From Parachlamydiales bacterium (GTDB taxonomy: Bacteria; Chlamydiota; Chlamydiia; Chlamydiales; JAJFMK01), in NCBI GenBank assembly GCA_963765145.1, contig CAVXVG010000026.1, forward strand, positions 192,001-256,000: DNA of 64,000 nucleotides, in the 5' to 3' direction. Shown here piece by piece: positions 1 to 10,627 of this stretch. Below the pieces are notes generated by a model, which was not told where the DNA came from, ran no database searches, and saw nothing but the letters and a program-made list of their open reading frames with translations. How positions within the stretch are numbered: position 1 is the stretch's first letter; the number at the start of each line of letters is the position of its first letter. The position numbers were made by a program, and so were the translations under genes.

Positions 1-3000
1 TCGTGAGCTTGAACTCGGAAATAAGAGACCGAACTGTAGCGAACCCGGATCGCAAAAGGGCAGGACTTTCTACGATTGCCATTTTGCCTAGGCTAAAAGC
101 ACCTTTAGCAATGCCAGCAAGATTACCAGCCCATCTTGCTCCTGTGCGAGAATACTGGTAATAAGGATCTTGCGTATCGATAGAAAATTGATTAGCTACA
201 AAGCCCTCTAAGCTATGCCTTCCATAAGAATAAGCTCTTTCAATTTCAGAATGATTGCCTCCCGATGCAACACCTACAACCGAATGAGCGGCCTGAAATG
301 TGTCTAAACCAGCTTCGGAAAGACCGTGCAATATGCCCACAGAGATATGGACTGGAGGAGATGACTTATAAGTAGGTGAGGAAAAACGTCCATCGGGGTC
401 GCGGAAGTTGATGGGGTCGCCGTTGGCGTAGGAATAGAGGTTGAGGGCGATGGGGTAACTGATCGGGTCTTGGCTGAGGAAACGGCCTGAGAGGGGGTCG
501 TAGTAACGAGCGCCAAAATGGATGAGGCCAGTTGGATCTTGCTGCTTGCCTTGCCAGGTGAGGGATTGGGCGTAGGCGAGGAGTGAGGAAGCAGCTGGGG
601 CTGGCGTAAGTGGACCGTAGGCGGAAGGAAGTTCCTTTTTCCAAGAGATCTCTTTGGAGGTCAGAACTGCGATGAGGTTGCCGAGGGCATCGTTTAGGAG
701 ACCCACGGAGTTTCCATTGTTGTCGAGAATGAGTTCGCAGGAAGTGGGGCCATAGATTTTCCAGAAGGTGTTTGAACCTGATTTTAGGCCAATTTCCTGG
801 AACTCATGTTGGGGGTCGTAATAAAAGAGCGTCTGTTGAGGGAAGGGCCACCATCCAGAAGAGTAGGTTGTTTTTAGGCGACGGCCGAAAGGATCGTAAG
901 AGGCTTTCCAGGTTGAGTTTGGGCTGGTCACTTGTGTTAGCCTGCCCCAAGGATCCCATTGGTATGTCGTGTTATCTCTAGAGATGGTTTGACCTAGAGA
1001 ATCATAAGTTGCTTTGATTGTTTTGGAATCAATGAGTTCTGTGATGATTTTACCAAAGGCATCGATGCCTTCTTGTGGAACTTGGTGGTGATTGGCAGAA
1101 GTGCGGATGCCAGAGCCTAGTTTGTTGTGATCGAAGGTAAATTGTTCAACCCCTGCAGATTTGAGGTGGCCTCTAGGTGTATAGGAGAAGTTTTTGTCGT
1201 TGTGAGAAGAAAGTTTTCCTGAAGGGGTCCATTTCAGGGATTCGGTGTGGGTTTGGCTGGATAGATGGGAGATGATAGTTTCTGGAAGTGAGGCTTTGTA
1301 ATGGAGGTCGACGCTTATGAAGGGGGTCGTTTTGTGGATCAGAGTGCCATTTAGGCTGTAATCGTAGGAAAGAGTGTGGCCTGAGGTAGAAACGGTTTGT
1401 AGGTGGCCGGCCTCGTAGACAAACTTTCTTTTATGGTCATTGATGCTGAGAGTGCGACTGTTCGGGCTCCACGATTGATCTGTCTGCTGGATCAGAGTGG
1501 AGTTAAGGAAGATCGATTCAGAAATGAGTCGTCCGCAGGAGTCGTAAGAGCGGAGCACTTTGGAGTGATCTTGGCTCGACTCTTCGGCTGAAGTGATGAG
1601 GCCTCTGTTATCGTATGTAAAAGATCGGGTGAAGGGGCCGACTATTTCTTTTTCGAGACGAGATAAAGCATCGTAAAAATATGTGTGGGTACGATCCATG
1701 GGGTCGGTCGCATGTTGTAAAAGCCCTTTTTCGTAACTGTATTGCCACTGTTGAGAGATTTCAGAACCGGCATGAAGGTATTCTATAGTTTTTCTCCCCA
1801 TTTGGTCGTAGGAGGCATTCCATGTCAGGTTTTGAGGAAGGTGACAGGCGATGAGATGGGAGTCGGCATCATAATCGTATTGAATGACAGCTTCATCTGG
1901 GAGAATTTTTTTGGTTAGACGGCCGAAAGGATCGAACTGGAAGTGTGTTGCATGTCCTTCTCCATCGATTGATTCAATGCATTGGCCGCAAGGATCGTAG
2001 TGATAAAGTTGAGTGATTAAACCATCCTCGGTTTTGAGAGGTTGACCCAAAGTATTGACCCAAGTTGAGATGGTTTGGTCGTCGGAGATTTTTTGGTAAA
2101 AGCTTCTTTCTGGTTCGTACACAAGATGGATTTCGGCAATGAGGATGCCATTTTGACTAAAGGTTTCACTTTTGATGAGCTGTCCAGCCTGATAGTGCTG
2201 AATAGTTTTTTCTCCGGAGGGAAGATGGCAAGTGATGGTATCCCCATTGTAATTCCATATTGTTTGTTGCCCATCAGGTGAGGTTTCGGTTTTGGGTCGA
2301 CCGAGGCCATCATAGGTTTTTTCCCAGGTGTTTCCTTCCCCATCTGTCGAAGCGGTGAGGAGGCCACGGGAGTCATAGCATTGTGTTTCTGTAATGCCTA
2401 CTGTGGTTCGAACTACTTTTCGGTTAAGGTCGTCGTAAAAGATGTTAGAAGAGATCCCAGTTCTTGTTTCTTGGATGGGTCGGCCGAAATAATCGTAAAC
2501 GAAAAAGCTTTCAGTACCATCTGGATAAACCTCATTTTTGAGAAGGCCATTAGTTGTGTAGCAGCGTGTTGTTTTGGCACCCATAGGCGAAAGAATGGAA
2601 GCAATAAAACCACCCTCTTCGTAAGTATAATGAGTGGTCAACCCGTCAGTTGTGATTGAGATGGGGCGACCAATCGGGTCTAGAGTGCGAGAAGTAGAAA
2701 CGCCAAGTGGGTTGACCTCTTCGATCAGTTCTCCACGAGCATCATATTCGTAAAGCGTATAGGCAAAGCCTGCTTTTTTTATTTCGCCTGTCGAAGTCAC
2801 TTGAGTTAATGATTGTCGGGTGGCCATCACTTGGCCAGCAGCGTTGTAATCGATAAAGAGGGTGTTCAGTGGGTCTGGTCCTTGTTGCCAGATCTTCTGA
2901 TTGTTTAAGTTATATCCAAAACGAATAGTTGAGATGAGTTTTCCTGAACGATCATAAACAGAGGTGGTTAGGTTATTTCCCATGATGTCGTACTCATGGC

Positions 3001-6000
3001 TCTCTTTTCCATCGGGAGAAACTTTCTCAATACATTGTCCTTGTCGGTTGTATTTGAAGGTTGTCACAACGTTTGGGTCGTCTGTTCCAGTTTCTTGGAT
3101 GATCTGGATAGGGAAGCCATTTTTATAGATCCAACGGGTTACAGCACCGTTGGCGTTTTGACAGGTGAGTTGACCCTTTTCGTCATATTCAAAATGAGTT
3201 GTGGAAACCCGCTGATTGTCTATCCAGCTTTCAACCCTTTTGGGCAGATAGACAAAGTGTTCGTGGTACACAGTGCGAGTGGATTTATTGAGCGTTATCT
3301 CTTCAATGCAAAGATGTTGATCGTTGTAAATCAATTGTTTGTCAGTAACCTCTTCTCCTATTAGCGTAAGGGAGGTTGGGTTGCCAAAACTGTCATACCT
3401 GCATTCGGTGATTAAGCCCCGTTTGTCTTGTGTGGTTTTTAAGCTGTTGAGATAGGCTCCAAGGCCTTCCCAAGGCAAAACTTGCCCTGTTTTAGCATCA
3501 AAATAGCTTTTTTCATCGATGAACCACGATTGGTAGGTGATCTCTCCAACAGGATCGGTGATTTTATAAATCTGTTTGTCGTAGATAAGGTATTGAGTGG
3601 TTCCACCTTCTCCATCGATGACAATAGTCATTCCTTCATCAAATTTGAAAGTAGCGCTAGTGACAATTTGTTGCTGAGGGCCTACAGGAGAACGTTGTTC
3701 GAAGACTCGCCCTTTTTCATCATAGCTATTTTCAAGAACTCTGCCACTGGGGCGAGCCTCTCGTACGATTTGGTGGTGGCTGTCATAGGTGTAGTTGATA
3801 AAAGCATCATTTGGGAGAGTGACCTGGTCTAAATCACCTTGGTAGGTGTAGTGGTATTTAACCCACCGACCATCTTTAGTGAAGGCTTCAGAGATTATTC
3901 CTTCAGGGTTGTAGTGAAACCTTACAAAATTGTCGGTAGAGTTTTCTATCTTAGCGAGTTGCTCACCGTCGTAATGGAAATTAAGGGTGTTGCCAACGGC
4001 ATCGATCCATTCCCTCAGAAGACGGTTTTTAAAGATCCTTTTGGAACCATCTGATCCGTACAGGATGTTATCTTTGATGTAGGCATGGAATGGATTGGCA
4101 GTTCCACCAAAGTTGCGAAGTTCAGGGTTGTCTTCAGCAAAGACCTCGTAACGATCTCCATTTAAGCGGTAGACGATCACTGTCCCATCCATTTCAGCTG
4201 CAAACAGTTTGTCTCCGTTTTCATGGAGGTAAGGGTTCAAGCCGAGTTTCCAACCAAAGCCAAAAACCCCAGGAAGAGGGCTTTGGTTGCTGTAGTTACG
4301 CCGGATCTGTAAAGGGAAAGGTCCTGGGAGTGTGAGATCGACCTCATCCACATAAAAGGCCCCTGTAACAACATCAACAGGGTCAGAAACAAGGTTGGCT
4401 CCCAATTTGTGGCCAGGTCTGACATCCGCTGTTAGCCATGTTTTCTGAAACTGTTCTAGGATTTCGTTATGAGATTCTGATTTCGGCAGAGATACGAACA
4501 AATCACTAGGCTTTATTAGGGTAAATTCAGGTTTTCTTATGTCAGTAAGAAAGTTAGGTGGCAGGCGAGAACCAAAGCCTCCATGCATCAAACGAAGGTT
4601 GTCAGAAATGAGGGCAGACATTTTCAAAGGATGAAAAATCAATGTGCCTATTCCAGTATAGGAAGGTGGATTTTCGTCACTGGATATAAGCTTTGGTGTC
4701 ATATAGGCATAAGCAAACTGCCCATTTTTTGGTTCGTTAAAAGTCTGACTTAAAGTTTCCCATTGCCCTGCTGCAAGAGCTCTTAGAGGAAAGCAGGACA
4801 TCGCATCGGCTTCCTTAAAGCTTTTTGGAGTAAACGTTAAAAACCCGGCCTCTTTTTTATTAGAGATTTCTAAGAGCTTAATTGTAGAAATTGCGTGTGG
4901 ATCTTGGAATATATCCCGGAGAATTTGGTGCTCGTTGGATGAAATATCGCAAATAAGAAGGTCGCTCAATTGTCTTGGAAGAGGGTTGGTGTCCAAATCG
5001 CTTTTAGATTGAAGACAAAACTGCATGTCGACTTGAGGAAAGACGAGTTGACCAGTTAATGGGTCTGGCGAAAGTTTGGCAAGGCCTACAGCAAAATAAG
5101 TGAGCGGGGGGAGTTTATGAAGAGAGGCAAGAGCTGCCTCGGTTCGGCTAACTTTTTCAAAGTAGGCCATTCCAATGAAAGAAAGAAGCCGATCAATTTT
5201 TTTATTCTCGTCTTTTTCCTTTTCGAAAGCCCTTCTAAACCAAGATAATTGCTTTGATGTTACCCTTCCATAATGAGCGCACAGGGCTGCACGTGTTCCT
5301 TTGGCGAAGGAGAATGTCCTAGAGGTCTTTCCAAGAAGAGTTACTTCAAGGTTTAGGCTATAATCTGTTTCATCTAGTGCTAATTTTAGGTCGTGGTTAC
5401 CATCATCATCTATCTGCAAGCAAAAAAAGTGTCGTCCATCTGGCTGTGTAAAGAAAGCGATGTCTCCTGCACGGCAATTCAGAAGATGAGCCGGATAGAT
5501 ACCAGAGCATTTTTTGCCGGGGTTCTCATTAGACGAAATGGTAATCCATATAAGGGCTAGAGGATCTATAGATGAATCTGCTCGGTCGCAAGTCTCTTTT
5601 ATAGTCGGACGGGGGAAATCTTCCCAACTATCAAACTGTTTCTTAGAGATTTTTCGATGTGTTCCGATGTCTTGTAGAGATAAATTCTGAAGTTTTAGCT
5701 CCTCCTCTAGAAACCGGAGGAATAAAACACCTGCAGTGTCATTGCCGTCGGAGCCAATCAGTTTCGTGATCCGATCATCCTGAGTGACATAACTCTTTAT
5801 CCATCGATCTGAGCTATTAAAGGCTTCAGGTAAAACACTATACAGATCATATCCCTCTTCCACCTGAACCTCTTTGAGCCAGGGGTAGAGGGTGATCTCT
5901 CTTCCGTCAATTTCTAGAATGACTCCTGGGAAGGCAAGGTGGGTCTTGTTCTTTTCCGGCAACTGGACGAAGAATAGATTTTCAAGGAAACGATTTGGAA

Positions 6001-6916
6001 GAGAGAGGTAGGGGCTTCGGCAAATAATCTGGGCGTCATAGCCCGCATGTCTCAACAGATAAACTAACAAATCGCATTGCTCCCTTGGAGAGCCTTGCTC
6101 TTCTAAAAAAGTACCCATAGGGTTACGAGCACAAGGAAACTCTATAAAAATATTTCCTTCGTTTTGCAAGTTGATCAGATCAAGTTCAATCTCATTATGA
6201 ACATACTGTGCCAATGCAAGCGGATCTTTTTTCAAATCTTGCACTAACTGATTCAGAACCGGATAAGAAACATGATCAGGGAGAAATCTGCATGTATGGG
6301 GTAAAACCATTTGCTGTTTGCCCAATGGTTTTAAAAGATGAAGTTGAGCAGACTTTTTTAGTTGCCAAGGGAGAGGTTCGAAGAAAATATGGGAGTAAAA
6401 ATAAGCTCTACGCGTTATTTCTTGTTCTTGTAGGGCTTTTCGCGAAAGAGCAGGGTAAAAAACCTCTTCTGGTTTTGAAGGGGTTTTTACTTTGAGATTG
6501 ACTAAGAATTGATCAGCAGATGCCTTCAAAGCTTTTATTTCGTTAAGCTCTTCATTTAGATCTTGAATTTTTTGGTCACAGATCTCCAAGTCAGCTTTAG
6601 TTAACTTTTTCCATTCATCGATCTTTTTATCGGTTAGATTTTTTTTCGCTTCATCTTGTGCCAATATGGCTAAAACTTGCTTCAAGTTAGCTTTAGATGA
6701 AGCATATGCATTCAGTGCCTTTTCGAGAGAATCTATACGTTTTTCTGCTAGATCAGGGGGAATGTTTTGAGCATTTTCCCAAAGCACTTTTCCTGCCTCG
6801 CTCGCTTCCTTCGCAGTTTTTCTATGACTGTTGCAATTTTTTTCGTAGCTATTTTCGGAGATGACGAGGGAAGGGATGAGAAGGCAGAAGAATAAAAGAG
6901 AGTAGAATGTTTTCAT
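1..6916 (-). CDS. Rhs/YD-repeat polymorphic toxin (Rhs1), >2300 aa, 3' end runs off the window
   Basis: ATG at 6916 (MKTFYSLLFFCLLIPSLVISENS, signal-peptide-like). Manual translation of several segments is in frame through to position 2. It is absent from the ORF track, consistent with no stop inside the window. Collinear with 22114..29655; Rhs core GRFLSQDPISYPIALNLYSYANGDPINFRDPDG at ~389-487. Confidence 0.92.
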   Translation of the reverse strand, partial: MKTFYSLLFFCLLIPSLVISENSYEKNCNSHRKTAKEASEAGKVLWENAQNIPPDLAEKRIDSLEKALNAYASSKANLKQVLAILAQDEAKKNLTDKKIDEWKKLTKADLEICDQKIQDLNEELNEIKALKASADQFLVNLKVKTPSKPEEVFYPALSRKALQEQEITRRAYFYSHIFFEPLPWQLKKSAQLHLLKPLGKQQMVLPHTCRFLPDHVSYPVLNQLVQDLKKDPLALAQYVHNEIELDLINLQNEGNIFIEFPCARNPMGTFLEEQGSPREQCDLLVYLLRHAGYDAQIICRSPYLSLPNRFLENLFFVQLPEKNKTHLAFPGVILEIDGREITLYPWLKEVQVEEGYDLYSVLPEAFNSSDRWIKSYVTQDDRITKLIGSDGNDTAGVLFLRFLEEELKLQNLSLQDIGTHRKISKKQFDSWEDFPRPTIKETCDRADSSIDPLALIWITISSNENPGKKCSGIYPAHLLNCRAGDIAFFTQPDGRHFFCLQIDDDGNHDLKLALDETDYSLNLEVTLLGKTSRTFSFAKGTRAALCAHYGRVTSKQLSWFRRAFEKEKDENKKIDRLLSFIGMAYFEKVSRTEAALASLHKLPPLTYFAVGLAKLSPDPLTGQLVFPQVDMQFCLQSKSDLDTNPLPRQLSDLLICDISSNEHQILRDIFQDPHAISTIKLLEISNKKEAGFLTFTPKSFKEADAMSCFPLRALAAGQWETLSQTFNEPKNGQFAYAYMTPKLISSDENPPSYTGIGTLIFHPLKMSALISDNLRLMHGGFGSRLPPNFLTDIRKPEFTLIKPSDLFVSLPKSESHNEILEQFQKTWLTADVRPGHKLGANLVSDPVDVVTGAFYVDEVDLTLPGPFPLQIRRNYSNQSPLPGVFGFGWKLGLNPYLHENGDKLFAAEMDGTVIVYRLNGDRYEVFAEDNPELRNFGGTANPFHAYIKDNILYGSDGSKRIFKNRLLREWIDAVGNTLNFHYDGEQLAKIENSTDNFVRFHYNPEGIISEAFTKDGRWVKYHYTYQGDLDQVTLPNDAFINYTYDSHHQIVREARPSGRVLENSYDEKGRVFEQRSPVGPQQQIVTSATFKFDEGMTIVIDGEGGTTQYLIYDKQIYKITDPVGEITYQSWFIDEKSYFDAKTGQVLPWEGLGAYLNSLKTTQDKRGLITECRYDSFGNPTSLTLIGEEVTDKQLIYNDQHLCIEEITLNKSTRTVYHEHFVYLPKRVESWIDNQRVSTTHFEYDEKGQLTCQNANGAVTRWIYKNGFPIQIIQETGTDDPNVVTTFKYNRQGQCIEKVSPDGKESHEYDIMGNNLTTSVYDRSGKLISTIRFGYNLNNQKIWQQGPDPLNTLFIDYNAAGQVMATRQSLTQVTSTGEIKKAGFAYTLYEYDARGELIEEVNPLGVSTSRTLDPIGRPISITTDGLTTHYTYEEGGFIASILSPMGAKTTRCYTTNGLLKNEVYPDGTESFFVYDYFGRPIQETRTGISSNIFYDDLNRKVVRTTVGITETQCYDSRGLLTASTDGEGNTWEKTYDGLGRPKTETSPDGQQTIWNYNGDTITCHLPSGEKTIQHYQAGQLIKSETFSQNGILIAEIHLVYEPERSFYQKISDDQTISTWVNTLGQPLKTEDGLITQLYHYDPCGQCIESIDGEGHATHFQFDPFGRLTKKILPDEAVIQYDYDADSHLIACHLPQNLTWNASYDQMGRKTIEYLHAGSEISQQWQYSYEKGLLQHATDPMDRTHTYFYDALSRLEKEIVGPFTRSFTYDNRGLITSAEESSQDHSKVLRSYDSCGRLISESIFLNSTLIQQTDQSWSPNSRTLSINDHKRKFVYEAGHLQTVSTSGHTLSYDYSLNGTLIHKTTPFISVDLHYKASLPETIISHLSSQTHTESLKWTPSGKLSSHNDKNFSYTPRGHLKSAGVEQFTFDHNKLGSGIRTSANHHQVPQEGIDAFGKIITELIDSKTIKATYDSLGQTISRDNTTYQWDPWGRLTQVTSPNSTWKASYDPFGRRLKTTYSSGWWPFPQQTLFYYDPQHEFQEIGLKSGSNTFWKIYGPTSCELILDNNGNSVGLLNDALGNLIAVLTSKEISWKKELPSAYGPLTPAPAASSLLAYAQSLTWQGKQQDPTGLIHFGARYYDPLSGRFLSQDPISYPIALNLYSYANGDPINFRDPDGRFSSPTYKSSPPVHISVGILHGLSEAGLDTFQAAHSVVGVASGGNHSEIERAYSYGRHSLEGFVANQFSIDTQDPYYQYSRTGARWAGNLAGIAKGAFSLGKMAIVESPALLRSGFATVRSLISEFKLT

Positions 6917-7115
6917 TATTCAACCATCCAAAAAATCAGTTGTGTAGACTTGTATCAAATTTGATTCTTTTAAGGCCACGATTTAATTTATTTTAAATTT
7001 AGTTTTTTCTTTTATCCTGTGAGAATTAAGCACTAATATCTTTGCCATGTTTCGTGAGCGCAGGCACGGCTCCTTTTATTTATATGCTTGTGTCCGCGAT
7101 GAAGAACAAATATCC

Positions 7116-7219
7116 GGCACTCACTTCGTGGGTGCCATTTTATGTGTTACCTAAAACCCAGGGTTGCGCGCATTCGCGCTTACCTTGGGCTACAATCCGA
7201 AAACACCCTTCGGGCGTTT
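7116..7219. repeat. REP-like multi-hairpin element (ACCCAGGGTTGC...CCYTGGGCTAC family)
   Basis: Hairpins ggcactcac-ttc-gtgggtgcc, acccagggttgcgcg...cgcgcttaccttgggct and aaacaccc-ttc-gggcgttt; related copy at 37780-37850. Confidence 0.65.
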
Positions 7220-7319
7220 ATTGAAACCTAGAAAAACTTATGAATAATAGGGTAAGGGCAGGGGAAAGGGAGGGGAAGGGTCTTGCAAGAAGTTGGGTTT
7301 ATTGTTAGGATCGCTGGGC

Positions 7320-7994
7320 ATGCAGAAAAATCAACTTGTCCTTACGTTCCTTGTCCTTTTAATACTGTTTTTGTTGTTCCCTCTTTTTTGGATGGGTGGC
7401 GAACGGGGGCTGCTATTTCCAATTTACTTGTCGGTCGGTCCGCTTTTGGCTGCGGGCATCCTTTTTATTGAGCTGAAGAAGAAAAAATCGATCCTTGAAT
7501 TAGTGCAAAAGAAGCTTTCGTTATTGTCTCCGGCCCTTTTTCTCTCTTTGGTCGCAGCGGTTGTATTTGGTGTCTTGATTTTTTCGCTGATGTTGTTTGA
7601 GTGGCTGGTCTCGATGTTAGTGGTAGGGCCGTTGGTCCAAACTGCGCTGGTTGGAGTTCCGCTTCTTCTGGCTCTGTTGCTTTTAGCAGGATTGTTGCTG
7701 ATTCCTCTCTTACTTTACTTTCTTGTTCCCCTTATTCCTCGAGTGGGTTGGGATGCACGTTTACTTGCAAAAACAATTGTCGAACGGGTCCGACGTCCTT
7801 GGATGACAGGTTTTGTCAAGGCAATCGCTCCGGTTGCTGCGCTTATCATAGCGCTAGCTCTTATGGCCAAATTTTATGTTCCGTTTCTTTTTGCGTATGG
7901 AACACCTTCATTTGCCCTGCAGTGGCTGTTTTTAAGCCCTGTTCTGGCGGCACTTTTTACCTATCCGCTGAACTATTTTTACTCCAAAGCTTGA
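7320..7994 (+). CDS. Hypothetical polytopic membrane protein
   Basis: Long ORF with many hydrophobic segments; ATG at 7320 preferred over TTG at 7293. Confidence 0.7.
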   Translation: MQKNQLVLTFLVLLILFLLFPLFWMGGERGLLFPIYLSVGPLLAAGILFIELKKKKSILELVQKKLSLLSPALFLSLVAAVVFGVLIFSLMLFEWLVSMLVVGPLVQTALVGVPLLLALLLLAGLLLIPLLLYFLVPLIPRVGWDARLLAKTIVERVRRPWMTGFVKAIAPVAALIIALALMAKFYVPFLFAYGTPSFALQWLFLSPVLAALFTYPLNYFYSKA

Positions 7995-8842
7995 ACTAAT
8001 TTTTTAGCAAACAGGGCGTGGTAAAGAAGTCCGCGGGAACCTAGCCCTGTGTACGCAAAAAGTTTGTCGTTGATTTTTTTGATACAAGGAAGGCGCTGGG
8101 GTGTGGAGGCTCGCACACCCGCTTTAATCTCCACGATCGGTTGTTTAGAAATCCCTTTCATCATCTTTTCACCCTTCTCTAAAAGTTCTTCAATGCAACT
8201 TGGGTCGGGGTCTGCTGTTTTAAAATTACGTTCATAGGTCGAACCTAAAATGCAGTGTCCATTTTTGGGAAGAAGATACCCTTCGGCTGAGACAGGGTAG
8301 GGAAGTGTAGCATCGATTTCGAGAAGTTGTCCTTTGACAGCTGTTATTTGGACAAAAGGGGTCTGCCAACCTTGGCAGAGGATGACAATATCATGCGGCA
8401 AAGTTGCAGGATCGTCGATCGTTTGAATCTGCAAGGTTCCCCCATTTCTTTCGATCTCATCCATTAGCCACTGAAGGTAAGCTGGAGTGTCGATCGCATA
8501 GGCCTCTTCTTGCCAATAACCATTGTCCCTTTTTTGAAAGTCAGGACTATTTGCAAACCTGGTTTCCATCTGCTGGTTAAAGGGAATGCGAAGAAGCCCT
8601 TTGTACAAAACGTGGTTCTTAACTAGTGGTAAGGAGGCTTCCATCCCCTCCAGTCCCAGTGTATTCATTTTCCCTGTTTGGCCAACATAAGGGTGCAAAA
8701 GCCCTGCAGCCATACCCGAGGCGCCCCCTCCCACCCCATTTTTATCAAAGAGAGTGACTTGGCATGTAGGCGACAAGAAATATCCGGTGGCAAGCCCTGC
8801 CAAGCCGGCGCCTATAATTGCTATTCTTCTCGTTTTGGCCAT
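7979..8842 (-). CDS. FAD-dependent oxidoreductase (DAO/MnmC C-terminal-like)
   Basis: N-terminal IAIIGAGLAG dinucleotide-binding motif, GASGMAAG, VKGQ, and C-terminal GLGSRG. Confidence 0.88.
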   Translation of the reverse strand: MAKTRRIAIIGAGLAGLATGYFLSPTCQVTLFDKNGVGGGASGMAAGLLHPYVGQTGKMNTLGLEGMEASLPLVKNHVLYKGLLRIPFNQQMETRFANSPDFQKRDNGYWQEEAYAIDTPAYLQWLMDEIERNGGTLQIQTIDDPATLPHDIVILCQGWQTPFVQITAVKGQLLEIDATLPYPVSAEGYLLPKNGHCILGSTYERNFKTADPDPSCIEELLEKGEKMMKGISKQPIVEIKAGVRASTPQRLPCIKKINDKLFAYTGLGSRGLLYHALFAKKLVQALE

Positions 8843-9240
8843 TCTTCCGGGTATATGTAATGGGTTCTAAAAGCTTCTCTTAACTTAAAGGCTGCTCTTT
8901 GGCTGCATTCCATCTGGACAATGGGTTGCACGATTTCAGCGATGAGCCTGATAAGAAAGTGCCTTTTTTGAATGAAAGAAACTCTTCCAACAAGATTGAT
9001 AGAAAAAATAAGGTAGTGAGTGCAAAAACAGATCAACGTTTCGATCACAAGGCCTGCTACTTTGACAATGAGAGATTTTTCTTTATAGGGATAAGCAAAG
9101 AGATCTCCTCTGTCAGGAAAAGCTTGCAGCCTTAGTTCCCCTTGGCCATTACGCTTACCTTTAAAGATAACATTGTAAAGATCCCTTGAAACGGCAAATG
9201 TGATAGCGATAGGGAAAGCAGCTGAAGTTCCAAAAATCAT
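8821..9240 (-). CDS. Hypothetical protein
   Basis: 139-aa ORF overlapping the start of the oxidoreductase and filling the gap; no motif recognised. Confidence 0.5.
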   Translation of the reverse strand: MIFGTSAAFPIAITFAVSRDLYNVIFKGKRNGQGELRLQAFPDRGDLFAYPYKEKSLIVKVAGLVIETLICFCTHYLIFSINLVGRVSFIQKRHFLIRLIAEIVQPIVQMECSQRAAFKLREAFRTHYIYPEEWPKREE

Positions 9241-9299
9241 GCCTGTCCATCATAGCAGGGGGGTGGCTTTTTTGCTTATTGTCAATTATAACAAGGGAT

Positions 9300-9845
9300 A
9301 TGAAAGAGATTTGGCAGTTTTTATTGGTATTGTTGGCAGCGATTGTATTTGCATTTGCCCTTGTTTATTGGATGGTTAGGGATGACGCCATCGATAAAAG
9401 GATGTATGTTTCACAAGTCTTGCTTTCTCCTGAAACCATTGAAAAGTTAAGCAATCGAGAGGTTGAGGGAGGCAAGCAAAGGCCCTCGGAATATTTGATC
9501 GAGTCGATTCAATATGTCCACTTTGATGAAACAACTAAAAAATGGGACTCAAAGCCGATCGATATAGCCACTTACGAACGTTTTTATCGTCAAATCGAGC
9601 ACGATAGGGGAGTGATCGACCCGCCTGAATCAGTTTTACAAAGCTTTTTGTCTACCAGCGGGGCAAAACTGCAACTCTATATGAAACATTTTTCTCCACT
9701 CGTCCGCGAAGGAAAAACCGAAGTTTTTCAGACGGTCCAGTTTAACTCTGAAAAAAATGCTTATCGTATCAATTTGCATGTAGATGACAAACAGAAGGAG
9801 TGGGTCTACTTTTCCCATCCGGACGTGGAGAAGGATCTTGAGTAA
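9300..9845 (+). CDS. Hypothetical protein with N-terminal membrane anchor
   Basis: MKEIWQFLLVLLAAIVFAFALVYW hydrophobic helix; first gene of the co-oriented phnP-hflX-mtaB run. Confidence 0.75.
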   Translation: MKEIWQFLLVLLAAIVFAFALVYWMVRDDAIDKRMYVSQVLLSPETIEKLSNREVEGGKQRPSEYLIESIQYVHFDETTKKWDSKPIDIATYERFYRQIEHDRGVIDPPESVLQSFLSTSGAKLQLYMKHFSPLVREGKTEVFQTVQFNSEKNAYRINLHVDDKQKEWVYFSHPDVEKDLE

Positions 9846-10614
9846 AGATAGCTGCCTTTTTTTAGGGACCGGTGCATCGCTTGGCATACCGATGATTGGG
9901 TGCCATTGTCCTGTCTGTCTTTCAAAAAATCCGAAGGATAAAAGGCTGCGGTGTTCAGCCCTCCTGACCATAGGAGGAAGACGTATCTTGATCGATACCT
10001 CGCCCGATTTTAGGCAGCAAGCCTTGACCCATCAGATTGAGGCGATCGATGCCATCATCTGGACCCATGCTCACCAAGATCACGTGGGTGGAATGGACGA
10101 TTTGCGACCTCTGTTCATGAAAAGAAAAGAGGCTATTCCCTGCTACTTGTCTTCTTCAACGTTTCAAGATATCAAATATCGATTTGGATACATTGTCAAC
10201 CCAGACCTTAATTCCCCCTCACTAAAGCCAAGACTTGATTTTAACATTTTACCCTTTGAAGGGAAAATGGATGTTCTTGGTGTAGAACTTGAGGTCTTTA
10301 CCTATTTACAGATGGGAATGGAAGTCACAGGACTTCGATTTGGAACATTTGCTTATGTAGTGGACATCAAAAATGTGGAGCCTTTTCTTTATGAAAAATT
10401 GAAGGGGGTCGAAACGCTTGTGATCAGCGCCTTGCGTTATGAGATTAGCCCTCTTCACCTAACACTTGCCGAAGCTAACAATTTTGGGTTGGCTATCGGG
10501 GCTAAAAATACCTATCTAACCCACATTGCTCATGAAATCGGCGCAGAAGAGGGGCAAAAACGTCTTTCCCCAAGTGTCGAACTGGCGTATGATGGTCTAG
10601 AAATAAATTTGTGA
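9838..10614 (+). CDS. phnP: MBL-fold metallo-hydrolase, PhnP family
   Basis: FLGTGAS.GIP.IGC.C..C, THAHQDHVGG (HxHxDH), THIAH, LAYDG; likely TTG start at 9838. Confidence 0.9.
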   Translation: MSKDSCLFLGTGASLGIPMIGCHCPVCLSKNPKDKRLRCSALLTIGGRRILIDTSPDFRQQALTHQIEAIDAIIWTHAHQDHVGGMDDLRPLFMKRKEAIPCYLSSSTFQDIKYRFGYIVNPDLNSPSLKPRLDFNILPFEGKMDVLGVELEVFTYLQMGMEVTGLRFGTFAYVVDIKNVEPFLYEKLKGVETLVISALRYEISPLHLTLAEANNFGLAIGAKNTYLTHIAHEIGAEEGQKRLSPSVELAYDGLEINL

Positions 10615-10627
10615 CCAACCATATCTA

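Noticed and set aside
304..6495. Many short ORFs in the track over 0.3-6.5 kb (and 22.9-29.5 kb)
   Set aside because: They are shadow or alternate-frame ORFs of the Rhs genes. Their similarity between the two regions only reflects Rhs paralogy.
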